Shown here: piece after piece, positions 55,248-64,000 of the stretch
Numbering within the stretch: the first letter of the stretch is position 1
Layout of the letters: every line of letters begins with the position of its first letter
From: Trueperaceae bacterium
Lineage (GTDB): Bacteria > Deinococcota > Deinococci > Deinococcales > Trueperaceae
DNA length: 64,000 nucleotides
Direction: 5' to 3'
Assembly: GCA_034521815.1 (NCBI GenBank)
Contig: JAXHLW010000013.1
Span: forward strand, 416,001 to 480,000
Notes under the pieces: generated by a model
Databases searched by the model: none
The model's input: the letters and a program-made list of their open reading frames with translations, nothing else
Told to the model about the DNA's origin: nothing
Position numbers and translations under genes: made by a program

Positions 55248-56062
55248 GCCGAGCAGCGACGGACGGCTTGGCGACCGACGGATTTCGGTGGCGCAAGCCG
55301 CCGTTCATCGCGAACCCGGTGCTCCGCTACGGCATCTGGCTCCTCGCGGCCGCCTACCTGGTGTGGGCCGTGTCGTCGATCCCGATCGATCCGCAGCGGA
55401 TTCTGGCCGGCTTCCCTCGCGCGGCACAGATCTTCGGTGGCGCGATCCCGCCGGACTTCGCCCGCTGGGAGCTGCTTCTCTCGGGCTTCCTGGAGAGCAT
55501 CCAGATCGCCCTCATCGCGACCGCCGTCGGCGTCGTGCTCAGCGTCCCGCTGGCGATCCTCTCGGCTCGGAACGTCGTCCCCGTGCCCGTGTACCTCGTC
55601 GGCCGCGCCGTGGTGATCACCGCCCGCTCGTTCCATCCCGTGATCGTGGCGATCATCTTCGTCAAGGCGGTCGGGTTCGGAGCGCTGGCAGGCATCCTGA
55701 CGTTGATCCTGTACACGATCGGATTCGTGAGCAAGCTGCTGGCCGAGGCGATCGAAGAGATCGACTGGGGCCAGGTGGAAGCGATGCAGGCCGCGGGGGC
55801 GGACTACCTCAAGGTCCTCAGCTACGCGGTGGCGCCGCAGGTGATGCCGCGCCAGATCGGTCTGGCGCTCTACCAGCTGGACATCAACCTGCGCGCCTCG
55901 ACGGTGGTCGGGATCGTGGGCGCCGGAGGGATCGGCAGCACCCTGATGAACGCGTTCGGTCGCTACGACTACGACTACGCCTTCGCGATCCTGATCGCGA
56001 TCATCTCGCTGGTGTTCGCGACCGAGATCGTCAGCGGCCGCATCCGACGGGGGATCTCGTGA
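55244..56062 (+). CDS. phnE: Phosphonate-type ABC transporter permease
   Basis: KLLAEAIEEID, INLRASTVVGIVGAGGIG. Confidence 0.9.
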   Translation: MSRAATDGLATDGFRWRKPPFIANPVLRYGIWLLAAAYLVWAVSSIPIDPQRILAGFPRAAQIFGGAIPPDFARWELLLSGFLESIQIALIATAVGVVLSVPLAILSARNVVPVPVYLVGRAVVITARSFHPVIVAIIFVKAVGFGALAGILTLILYTIGFVSKLLAEAIEEIDWGQVEAMQAAGADYLKVLSYAVAPQVMPRQIGLALYQLDINLRASTVVGIVGAGGIGSTLMNAFGRYDYDYAFAILIAIISLVFATEIVSGRIRRGIS

Positions 56063-56856
56063 ACGAACTCGCGCACTATCGCTGGACGCCCAAGTCCGTC
56101 GCGCAGCGCCTGGTCAGGTTCGCGGCCTGGCTGGTCGTCGTCGCGCTGCTCGTCTGGTCGGTCCAGGGTGTGGACATCTTCTGGCCGTGGGTGGTGGGCG
56201 CGCCGGCGCAGATCGCCGACCTGCTCGGTCGGATGTCGCCGCCCGACCCGTCGAACCTGGACCTGATCCTGGCCGCCATGATGCAGACGATCCACATCGC
56301 CACGTTGGCGACGCTGCTGGCCCTGGCGATGGCGCTGCCCGTCGCCTACCTGGCGGCCCAGAACACCAGCCCGAACGCCGCGACCTTGGCGCTGGGGCGC
56401 CTGATCGTCGTCTCGACGAGGTCGGTGAACACGATCATCTGGGCTCTGCTGTTCGTCGCCATCTTCGGTCCCGGTCCGCTGGCGGGCATCCTGGCGGTCG
56501 CGTTCCGCTCGATCGGCTTCCTGGGCAAGCTGATCGCCGAGGCGATCGAGGAGATCGACCGCCGTCCGGTCGAGGCGATGGAGGCGACCGGCGCGAACGA
56601 GGCCAAGGTGATCGCCTACGGGATCGTGCCGCAGGTGCTGCCGGCCTTCTTCGCGGTCAGCATCCTCCGTTGGGACATCAACATTCGCGAGTCGACGGTC
56701 CTGGGGCTGGTGGGCGCCGGTGGGATCGGACTGCTGCTTCAGGGCGCGATCGACACCTTCAAGTGGCGGGAGGTCTCGCTGATCCTGATCGCGATCCTCA
56801 CCGTCGTCGTGGCGGGCGAGCTGGTGTCGGGCTGGCTGCGCGACAAGGTCATCTGA
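56059..56856 (+). CDS. phnE: Phosphonate-type ABC transporter permease (second copy)
   Basis: FGPGPLAG, KLIAEAIEEID, WDINIRESTVLGLVGAGGIG; GTGA overlap with the first permease. Confidence 0.9.
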   Translation: MNELAHYRWTPKSVAQRLVRFAAWLVVVALLVWSVQGVDIFWPWVVGAPAQIADLLGRMSPPDPSNLDLILAAMMQTIHIATLATLLALAMALPVAYLAAQNTSPNAATLALGRLIVVSTRSVNTIIWALLFVAIFGPGPLAGILAVAFRSIGFLGKLIAEAIEEIDRRPVEAMEATGANEAKVIAYGIVPQVLPAFFAVSILRWDINIRESTVLGLVGAGGIGLLLQGAIDTFKWREVSLILIAILTVVVAGELVSGWLRDKVI

Positions 56857-56955
56857 CGATCATCTGACGAAAGGGGCCGCCCGCAATGGACGGCCCCTCG
56901 CAGCGCTCATCGGTCGATGCTCTCCGGTCGACGCTCTCCGGTCGACGCTCTGCCG

Positions 56956-58170
56956 TCAGCGGCCTCCGCGTCCGAACCCGCCACCCGGTCCGGGGCGTCC
57001 ACGCTCGGGCGCCGGTCGCGGGGGGGCCGCGGGGCTGGCTCCACGCGATTGCTGGTCGGCCGCCTGGGCGCTGCCCGCCAAACCGCCCGACTCGACGAGC
57101 CTGGCGAACTCCTTCGGATCGACGGCGCGCGAGATGCCCATCTCGTAGGTGATCTGCTTGCGGAGGTGCAGATCGGCCAGGCTGGCGTCCATCGTGATCA
57201 TGCCGATCTGACCGCCGGTCTGGATCGAGGAGAGGATCTGGTGGCTCTTGCCTTCGCGGATCATGTTGCGGACCGCGGGCGTCGCGATCAGGAACTCGTA
57301 CGCCAACGTCCGGCCACCGGTCGCCTTGGGCAGCAGCTGCTGCGTCAGGATCGCTTGCAGGTTGTTGGCGAGCTGGACGCGGACCTGGGCCTGCTGCGCT
57401 TCGGGGAACACGTCGATGATGCGATCGACCGCCTCGGGGGCGCTGTTCGTGTGCAGCGTGCCCATGACCAGGTGGCCCGTTTCCGCTGCGGTGACGGCGG
57501 CCCCGATCGTCTCGTGGTCGCGCATCTCGCCGACGAGGATCACGTCGGGCGCCTGGCGGAGCACGCTTCTCAGCGCAGCCTTGAAGTCGACGGTGTCCTC
57601 GCCGATCTCGCGCTGGTTCACGACCGAGGTCTTGTGGCGGTGGAAGAACTCGATCGGGTCCTCGACGGTGACGATGTGCTTCGGGTACTCCTCGTTGATC
57701 AGGTCGATCATCGTCGCGAGCGTCGTCGACTTGCCCGATCCGGTCGGTCCCGTGACCAGCACCATTCCACGGGGGAGGCGCGCGATGTCGGCGACCTCCT
57801 TGGGGAGACCGAGCTGATCGAAGCTGAGCACGTCCTCGCTGATGGTCCGCATCACCCCGCCGACCGACCCGCGCTGCTGGAAGCAGTTCACGCGGAACCG
57901 GCCCTGCCCGGAGAGGCTGAACGAGAAGTCGAGGTCCTTTCGTTCCTCGAAGTTCCGTTGCTTCTTCTCGTCCATGATCGAGTACATCAGCCGGCGCGTC
58001 ATGTTGGGCGTCAGCGTGTCGTGCTCGGTCGGCTTCCACTCGCCGTCGACCCTGAGCATCGGAGGGAGGCCGACGGTGAGCAACAGGTCGGACGCGTTGC
58101 GCTCCATCGCCATGCGAAGCAGGTCGACGATGTCCACCTGAAGTTGAGTCTGTCGGATCTGATCGGCCAT
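56956..58170 (-). CDS. pilT: Type IV pilus retraction ATPase PilT
   Basis: ASDLLL, TGPTGSGKSTT, EDPIEF, LRQAPDVILVGEMRD, AAETGH, AVRNMIRE. Confidence 0.95.
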   Translation of the reverse strand: MADQIRQTQLQVDIVDLLRMAMERNASDLLLTVGLPPMLRVDGEWKPTEHDTLTPNMTRRLMYSIMDEKKQRNFEERKDLDFSFSLSGQGRFRVNCFQQRGSVGGVMRTISEDVLSFDQLGLPKEVADIARLPRGMVLVTGPTGSGKSTTLATMIDLINEEYPKHIVTVEDPIEFFHRHKTSVVNQREIGEDTVDFKAALRSVLRQAPDVILVGEMRDHETIGAAVTAAETGHLVMGTLHTNSAPEAVDRIIDVFPEAQQAQVRVQLANNLQAILTQQLLPKATGGRTLAYEFLIATPAVRNMIREGKSHQILSSIQTGGQIGMITMDASLADLHLRKQITYEMGISRAVDPKEFARLVESGGLAGSAQAADQQSRGASPAAPPRPAPERGRPGPGGGFGRGGR

Positions 58171-58201
58171 CGTGTCCTCCGAGCGCGCCGGCCCGTCCGC
58201 C

Positions 58202-60868
58202 TCAGTCGGCGGTGCGGGCCAGCACCTCCTCGAGCGTGGTGATTCCCTGGAACGCCTTGTGAATACCGTCCTGCCGTAGCGTCTTCATCCCTTTCTCGAC
58301 CGCCAGGTCGCGAAGCTCCAAGGCGGACGCCTCGCGAACGATCGCGCCCGAAATGTCGTCGTCGACCGCGAGGAGCTCGTGGATCCCGTAGCGGCCGTTG
58401 TAGCCCGAGCCGCCGCAGGTCTCGCAGCCCACGCCGCGGTAGAGCGTCTTGCCTTTCGTCTCGGCCTCGGACATGCCCAGGCGGCGCAGCACGTCGGGCT
58501 CGGGCGTGTACTCGACCCGGCAGTCGGTGCAGACCTTGCGGACGAGCCTCTGGGCCAGCACGCCGATCAGCGAGGCCGAGACGTTGAACGGCTCGATCCC
58601 CATCTCGGTCAACCGGGTGATCGCCCCCGCGGCGTCGTTCGTGTGGAGCGTGGCGATCAGCAGGTGGCCGGTCAGGGCGGCCTCCATCGAGATCTTGGCG
58701 GTCTCGTGGTCGCGGATCTCGCCGACCATGATGATGTCGGGATCCTGACGCAGGAAGGCCCGCAGCGCGCGGGCGAAGTCCAGACCGGCCTTGACGTTCA
58801 CCTGCGTCTGGTTGATGCCCGGAATCTCGTACTCGACCGGATCCTCGACGGTCGAGACGTTCGCCTCCGGGACGGCGATCCGCTTCAGGATGCTGAAGGT
58901 CGTGAACGACTTGCCCGAGCCGGTCGGACCGGTGATCAGGAACATGCCGTACGGCTTCTGGATCACGTCCTCGAAGGTTCGGAAGTTGTAGTCCGCCATG
59001 CCCAGCTGCTCGATCTCGGGGATCGAGGACGCCTTCTTCAGAAGGCGCATGACGGCCTTCTCGCCGTACACGGTGGGCAAGGTCGAGAGACGCAGGTCGA
59101 CCTCGGTGCTCTTGTCCTTGAAGCGGACGCGACCGTCCTGGGGCATGCGGCGCTCGGCGATGTTCAGTCCGCCCATGATCTTGATCCGCGCCGCCAACGC
59201 GCCGGCGGTGGCTTTGGGCATCGTCATGTACTCGCGCAGGGTGCCGTCCTTGCGGACGCGCACCACGACGTTCTCCGGCCGCGGCTCGATGTGGATGTCC
59301 GAGAAGTCGGCGAGGATCGCTTCGCGAATGATGTTGTTCACGACCTTCACCAGCGCGTTGTCGTCGATCGCGCTGGTGTCCTCTTCGGGCTGGTTCGCCG
59401 TCGACGAGCTGCCCACCTCCTCGAGGAGGGCCGTGGCCAGCTCGTCCATGTTCGCGTCGCTGCGGTAGAAGCGGTTCAGGAGGCGCGCCAGGGTCTCCTC
59501 GGTCGCCACGGCGGGCTGGATCTCCTTGCCGGTGATCAGGCGGATGTCGTCCAACGCGAAGACGTGCCGCGGGTCCTTCATCGCGACGACCAGGACCTCG
59601 TCCTCGAGCCTGATCGGCATCGCCTGGTAGCGGCGAGCGGTCGCCTCTGGCAACAGGCTCACCGCGTACGGATCGACCTTGGCGTGGTCGTCGTCGACGA
59701 ACTGGTAGCCCAGCTGCATCGCGAGGCTCTTGGCGAGCATCGTCGGGCTGAGCTTGCCCGACTGGACCAGGGTGTCCTCGAGCCGGCCCCCGCCCGAGCG
59801 CTGCTTGTTGAGCGCTTCGTCGATCTCCGCCTGCGTGACGTAGCCCATGTCCACGAGCAGCTCGCCGAGCGGCTTGACCTTGCCCAGCTTGGCCTGCTCG
59901 GCCAGCGCCCGGCGAAGCTGCTCGCGCTTGAGCTTCTTGCTCATCAGCAGCGTCTCGCCCAGCCGGCCCTTGTCGTCGGCGTACAGGGCCTCGATCAGAC
60001 GCTGCACCTCCGATTCGGTCGTCCCGACGAAGCGGATCGGTCCCTGCACGATCGCTTCCACGTCGGCGCGGCGCCGGGGGTCGGCGATCGCGACCACCAG
60101 CGTCTCGTCGTCGCGCTGGTAGGGAACCGCGCTGAACTGGACCGCGTCGAGGCGCAGCAGGGCGGAGGCGAGCTGACCGTCTTCGTGCGGATCGTCCAGG
60201 GGCGCGACGAACTCGAGGTCGGCCTGCCGAGCCAGCAGACGCGCCAGCGTGTCGTCGTCCAGCGCGCCTTGCTCGATCAGCTGTCGGCCCAGCAGCCCCC
60301 CGGTTCGCTTCTGCTCGCTGACGGCGGACTCCAGCTGGTCCGCCGTGATCAGGCCCTGCTCCAGGGCCAGCGCGCCCAGCCGCTGCCCGACGTCGGCGTC
60401 GACGTCCGGCGGTGGCTCGAGCCCCAGCTCGGGGTAGTAGGTGGCCAGCGCCCAGGCCAGCTCGTTGCGGAGCGCCTGGTACGGCTCGACCAGGCATTCC
60501 GAGGCGTCTTCGATCTCCTCGATCGCCAAGGCGTCCAGCGGATCGCGAAACGCCACGCGAAGCCGGTCGCCGTCCAACGCGAACGGCAGCGCGCCGATCT
60601 CCTCGGCCAGATCGCCCGGGACCTTGGCGAGCGCGTCCGCCAGGACGTCGACCCGTGGGAGATTCACGAGCGGAATGCCGATCGACTCCTCGACGGCGCG
60701 CGCGATGCGCTGCTCGCTGATCACGCCGATGTCCACCAGGACGTCCGCGAGGCGACCACCGACCGAGCCGTGCCGCTGGATCGCTTCTTGCAGCGCCTCG
60801 TCGGTCACGTAGCCGCGCTCCAGCAGAACGGCGCCCAGACGCTTGTCACCGATGGACAGGACGGCCAC
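58202..60868 (-). CDS. pilB: Type IV pilus assembly / DNA-uptake ATPase PilF/PilB with tandem MshEN (GSPII) N-terminal domains
   Basis: Multiple RLGxxL-type repeats, SDIHIEP, GPTGSGKS, LRQDPD, CTDC/CETC zinc site; start VAVLSIGDKRLG resembles Thermus PilF. Confidence 0.95.
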   Translation of the reverse strand: MAVLSIGDKRLGAVLLERGYVTDEALQEAIQRHGSVGGRLADVLVDIGVISEQRIARAVEESIGIPLVNLPRVDVLADALAKVPGDLAEEIGALPFALDGDRLRVAFRDPLDALAIEEIEDASECLVEPYQALRNELAWALATYYPELGLEPPPDVDADVGQRLGALALEQGLITADQLESAVSEQKRTGGLLGRQLIEQGALDDDTLARLLARQADLEFVAPLDDPHEDGQLASALLRLDAVQFSAVPYQRDDETLVVAIADPRRRADVEAIVQGPIRFVGTTESEVQRLIEALYADDKGRLGETLLMSKKLKREQLRRALAEQAKLGKVKPLGELLVDMGYVTQAEIDEALNKQRSGGGRLEDTLVQSGKLSPTMLAKSLAMQLGYQFVDDDHAKVDPYAVSLLPEATARRYQAMPIRLEDEVLVVAMKDPRHVFALDDIRLITGKEIQPAVATEETLARLLNRFYRSDANMDELATALLEEVGSSSTANQPEEDTSAIDDNALVKVVNNIIREAILADFSDIHIEPRPENVVVRVRKDGTLREYMTMPKATAGALAARIKIMGGLNIAERRMPQDGRVRFKDKSTEVDLRLSTLPTVYGEKAVMRLLKKASSIPEIEQLGMADYNFRTFEDVIQKPYGMFLITGPTGSGKSFTTFSILKRIAVPEANVSTVEDPVEYEIPGINQTQVNVKAGLDFARALRAFLRQDPDIIMVGEIRDHETAKISMEAALTGHLLIATLHTNDAAGAITRLTEMGIEPFNVSASLIGVLAQRLVRKVCTDCRVEYTPEPDVLRRLGMSEAETKGKTLYRGVGCETCGGSGYNGRYGIHELLAVDDDISGAIVREASALELRDLAVEKGMKTLRQDGIHKAFQGITTLEEVLARTAD

Positions 60869-61349
60869 GGTCACCCCCCCTCAGCACGACCTGTTCGAGC
60901 CGGCGCAACAGCCGGGTGTGAGGCAGCCCGGCGTTCGACAACGGTGGAACGAGAATCGTGCGCAGTCCCGCGGCCCGTGCCCCGGCCACGTCGGTGAACA
61001 GCTGGTCGCCCACCATCGCGGCCTCGCGGGCGGGGACGCCGAGCTGCCGAAGGCCCGCACGGTAGGCGCCAGGCCACGGCTTTCCGGTCAGCCAGCGGCC
61101 CGGGACGCCGAGCTTCGCCGCCGTGAGGCGCACGCGTTCCGGCCGTCCGTTGGAGACGATCGCCAGGCGTATGCCGGCGTCCGTCAGCGACCGGGCCCAC
61201 GCGACCACCTGGGGCGTGGGCTCGGTCGCGGCGGCGGGAAGGAGCGTCTCGTCGAGATCGAGCAGCAGACCGCGCACGCCGTGCTCGGCGAGGTACGCGA
61301 GGCTGAGCTGCTCGACCCGATCGACGCGGAGGTCGGGGCGGAAGATCAC
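60846..61349 (-). CDS. YqeG family HAD IIIA phosphatase
   Basis: LLLDLDETL, IVSN, KP, MVGDQLFTDV. Confidence 0.9.
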   Translation of the reverse strand: MIFRPDLRVDRVEQLSLAYLAEHGVRGLLLDLDETLLPAAATEPTPQVVAWARSLTDAGIRLAIVSNGRPERVRLTAAKLGVPGRWLTGKPWPGAYRAGLRQLGVPAREAAMVGDQLFTDVAGARAAGLRTILVPPLSNAGLPHTRLLRRLEQVVLRGGDRGRPVHR

Positions 61350-61393
61350 GACGCGATCGTAGCAGGGCCCAGGAGCGGGCGATGCGGAAGGTC

Positions 61394-62305
61394 TCACGTC
61401 CGCTCGCCGGCGTCAGGAGGCCGGTCGGGTGGCGACGGGGCGGGCCCGAGCGCCTCGAGCAGAAGCGGCACGAACGTCGCGGGATCGTCCAGCCAGGGGT
61501 AGTGCCCGCCTTCGACCATGCCGGTCGTCGCGTCCGGGAGACGCTCCAAGCCCGCCTCCGCCTGGTCGGGGAACGCGGTCCCGTCGCGCATCCCGAACAG
61601 GGCGACGACCGGCACGTCCACCTCGGGCAGGTCGTCCAGCACGGAGGCGTGCCAGACGTCGCGGGGCGCCTCGTTGCTTTGCGGTCCGTACTGTGCGACG
61701 GCGTCGGCATGCTCCAGCCGCATGCGCGTCGCCGGGTTCGGAAACTCGAGCGCGTCGAAGAGCTGCTTGGGCGGCAGCAGATCGTACGCCTGCTCGGAAA
61801 GCCGCTCCGGATCGAGCGCGTCCGCGTCCGCGAGCGCGCCCTCCGCCGGAAGCGCCTCGTCGGGGACGCCGGCGAGGTACGCCGCCCGTCGCTGCAAGGT
61901 GCGGGCCAGCAGCGGCATCGAGAACCACGGGTTGACGAGCACCAGGCGTTCGACCCGGTCCGGATGGCGACGGGCCGCACGGACCGCGACGAGCGCGCCG
62001 AAGCCGTGCGCGAGCAGCGTCGCGCGCTCCAGTCGGGTGGCTCGCAGGACGGTCGCGACGTCGTCGGCGAGATCGTCGAGATCGAACGCGCTGCCGGCGT
62101 AGCTACGGCCTCCGCCGCGCTGGTCGGCGTACACCATGCGGTACGCCTCGAGGTCGTCGCCCATCAGGTCACGGAAGCTGAACGAGCCGTAGCCCGGCCC
62201 CCCGTGGAGGTAGTACACGACCGGACCGTCCTGGGGACCGACCTGCTCGAGGTACAGATCGGCGTCCCGAGCCTGAATGGTGATCGGAGCATCGAGCCGG
62301 GTCAT
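61394..62305 (-). CDS. Alpha/beta hydrolase-fold protein (proline iminopeptidase-like) without nucleophilic Ser
   Basis: YLHGGPG, DQRGGGRS, AHGFG at the nucleophile elbow, GMRD, GGHYPW. Confidence 0.85.
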   Translation of the reverse strand: MTRLDAPITIQARDADLYLEQVGPQDGPVVYYLHGGPGYGSFSFRDLMGDDLEAYRMVYADQRGGGRSYAGSAFDLDDLADDVATVLRATRLERATLLAHGFGALVAVRAARRHPDRVERLVLVNPWFSMPLLARTLQRRAAYLAGVPDEALPAEGALADADALDPERLSEQAYDLLPPKQLFDALEFPNPATRMRLEHADAVAQYGPQSNEAPRDVWHASVLDDLPEVDVPVVALFGMRDGTAFPDQAEAGLERLPDATTGMVEGGHYPWLDDPATFVPLLLEALGPAPSPPDRPPDAGERT

Positions 62306-62577
62306 GGGGCCGTTCCGCCGCCGGCCGTGGGCGTCCGGGCGGCCGGGTCGGCCGGGCCCGCGTCGACGAAGCGCCACACTCGCGCGTTCTCGATGTCGTC
62401 GTCGGTCAGCTGCGCAGGTCCGTCCACGACCAGCAGACGAAGGTCCGCCTGGTCGTGCGAGCGGAGCAGTCTCGACGCCGTACCTTCGCGCTCGAGGCGA
62501 GCTTGGAGGCGCGCCAAGGCGGTCTCGGCGCCAGGGCCGTCGCGTTCGACGAAGGTCACGTCCGGAGGGGAGTGCAT
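62302..62577 (-). CDS. Small hypothetical protein
   Basis: 91 aa; ATG 7 nt after TACGCT; stop overlaps the next gene (ATGA). Confidence 0.6.
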   Translation of the reverse strand: MHSPPDVTFVERDGPGAETALARLQARLEREGTASRLLRSHDQADLRLLVVDGPAQLTDDDIENARVWRFVDAGPADPAARTPTAGGGTAP

Positions 62578-62659
62578 GACGGTGAGCGTAGCCGTCCAGC
62601 GCGACCTCCGTGGTAACCTGGCCGCGCGCGGCGTAGCGAAGCCGAGCGAGGAGGCGGAG

Positions 62660-63151
62660 ATGGACGAGTCCAGTCGCGACCCGTACGCCCCCGGGCCCCG
62701 AGGAGCATCACGGGCGACCCCCAAAAGACCGCCTTCGCCGCACGGACGATCAGCCAACGGAATCAGACGGCGCGTGCTGGACGACCTCCGGCCGCTGGTC
62801 CGCGACGGTCGGTACCGGTTGGCCCGGCACGCCGTGCGGCACGCCGCGACGGAGGGGTTCACCGAGCGCGACATCGTGGCGACCGTGCTTCACGGACGGG
62901 AGCTGGTTCGCTACGTCGAGGACGAGCGTCTGCTGGTTCTCGGCTGGCTTCCGGTCAGTGCGGAGGTCAAGCTGCCGCTCCACGTCGTCCTGGAGTTCGC
63001 CAGGCCACGCTTCGTCGACGTCGTGACGGCGTTCATTCCTCGCGATCCGCATCGCCCGCTGTCGCGCTCGCGCCTCGCCGAGGTCCTGCGTTGGGACGGG
63101 CACGAGCCGTTCGCCGAGATGCACGGTCAGGACGCGAGCGGCAAACGGTAG
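62660..63151 (+). CDS. DUF4258 domain protein
   Basis: YRLARHAVRH...DIVATVLHGRELVRY...LLVLG...LHVV...VVTAFIP; GAGGAGG SD. Confidence 0.75.
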   Translation: MDESSRDPYAPGPRGASRATPKRPPSPHGRSANGIRRRVLDDLRPLVRDGRYRLARHAVRHAATEGFTERDIVATVLHGRELVRYVEDERLLVLGWLPVSAEVKLPLHVVLEFARPRFVDVVTAFIPRDPHRPLSRSRLAEVLRWDGHEPFAEMHGQDASGKR

Positions 63152-63894
63152 AACCGTCGGGCGTTCGCGTCCAGGATGCGCTCGAGCTCCCGCGCATCCT
63201 CCCCGCGGGTCTCGGCGAGCAGGCGTGCGGTGTGCGTCACCCAGCCCGGACGGTTGCGCTTGCCGCGATGCGGAACGGGCGCGAGGAACGGCGCGTCCGT
63301 TTCGACCAGCAGCCGCTCTGCTGGAACGGCCGCGGCCGCTTCGCGCAGGTTCGCTGCGCTCTTGTAGGTGAGGTTGCCCGCGAACGACACCATCCAGTCC
63401 AGCTCCAGGCCTGCGGCCAGCAGCCCCGGATCGCCACCGAAGCAGTGGAGGACCCCGGGGACGTCGGGCGCGTCGCGGAGCGCCTGCTCGGCGGCGCGCG
63501 ACGCCGCGTCGCCGCCCTGCCGGTCGCGGACGTGCAGCACCAGCGGCTTGCTGGTGGCCCGCGCGAGCTCGGCGTGCCAGTCGAACGCCCGCCGCTGCGT
63601 GTCGAGCGTCTCGTCGCGCCAGTGGTCGTCGAAGCCCGTCTCGCCGATGGCGACGACGCGTGGGTGGGTCGCGAGCGTGCCGATGGCGGCCCGAGCCTCG
63701 GGATCGTCGGTCAGAGAGGCGTCGTTGGGGTGCACGCCCACGACGGCGAACACCCGCTGGTCGGCCTCCGCGAGGCGTACCGCCTCGCGACACCGATCCG
63801 GATCGGTACCGACGGTGACGATGGCACGAAGGTCGTTGTCGAGCGCGGCCGCGAGGTCGTCGCAACGGTCGAGGTGGCAGTGCGTGTCGATCAC
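63127..63894 (-). CDS. tatD: TatD family deoxyribonuclease
   Basis: IDTHCHL, GVHP, AIGETGFD, LHVR, LHCF, LVETDAPFLAP. Confidence 0.95.
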   Translation of the reverse strand: MIDTHCHLDRCDDLAAALDNDLRAIVTVGTDPDRCREAVRLAEADQRVFAVVGVHPNDASLTDDPEARAAIGTLATHPRVVAIGETGFDDHWRDETLDTQRRAFDWHAELARATSKPLVLHVRDRQGGDAASRAAEQALRDAPDVPGVLHCFGGDPGLLAAGLELDWMVSFAGNLTYKSAANLREAAAAVPAERLLVETDAPFLAPVPHRGKRNRPGWVTHTARLLAETRGEDARELERILDANARRFYRLPLAS

Positions 63895-64000
63895 GCCCGC
63901 ACCCTAGCCGAGAACGAGGTGCCTGAACCGTTCACGCAGGCTATGTGAGAGTTGTGTAAGAATGGACGGCGTACCTTCAGGTCAGCGGACCCTCGTGCAG

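Noticed and set aside
58379..60997. 872-aa plus-strand ORF and the 828-aa Arg-rich minus-strand ORF at 58011-60497
   Set aside because: Antisense and alternative-frame shadows of pilB/pilF.
63900..64000. AT-richer stretch with a possible promoter and ATG at 63962
   Set aside because: Truncated by the window edge; too little sequence to support a call.

Overview
Very GC-rich, gene-dense chromosomal segment. Gene content and protein sequences (Thermus-like ClpB, PilF with tandem MshEN repeats, futalosine-pathway mqnB, many apparently leaderless genes) point to phylum Deinococcota, probably Trueperaceae-like; this assignment is an inference. It holds about 60 CDS, mostly housekeeping (clpB, asnB, M16C peptidase, rqcH, fba, ftsY, gltX, uppP, rplM-rpsI, nrdR, accDA, rpe, gabT, upp, wecB, folP-folB/folK, ackA, glk, ubiX-ispD-ispE, leuCDB-aminotransferase-ilvD, phnDCEE-like ABC, yqeG-pilF-pilT, tatD) and three tRNAs (Gln-TTG, Gln-CTG, Ser-CGA). 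No integrase, transposase, prophage or CRISPR array was seen. The most notable points are: an uncharacterised amino-acid module (GNAT plus ornithine-racemase-like PLP enzyme, divergent from an ATPase-less amino-acid ABC importer with a structured leader); an unannotated 30-aa Leu/Val/Ile leader peptide and attenuator before leuC; a HAIR (HspR-type) operator before a possible small RNA; a FolP-FolB fusion followed by a folK lacking a canonical start codon; four apparent pseudoenzymes; a 17-bp inverted repeat forming two divergent promoters; and many short tandem duplications concentrated at gene ends. All calls come from motif recognition by eye; no database searches were run.
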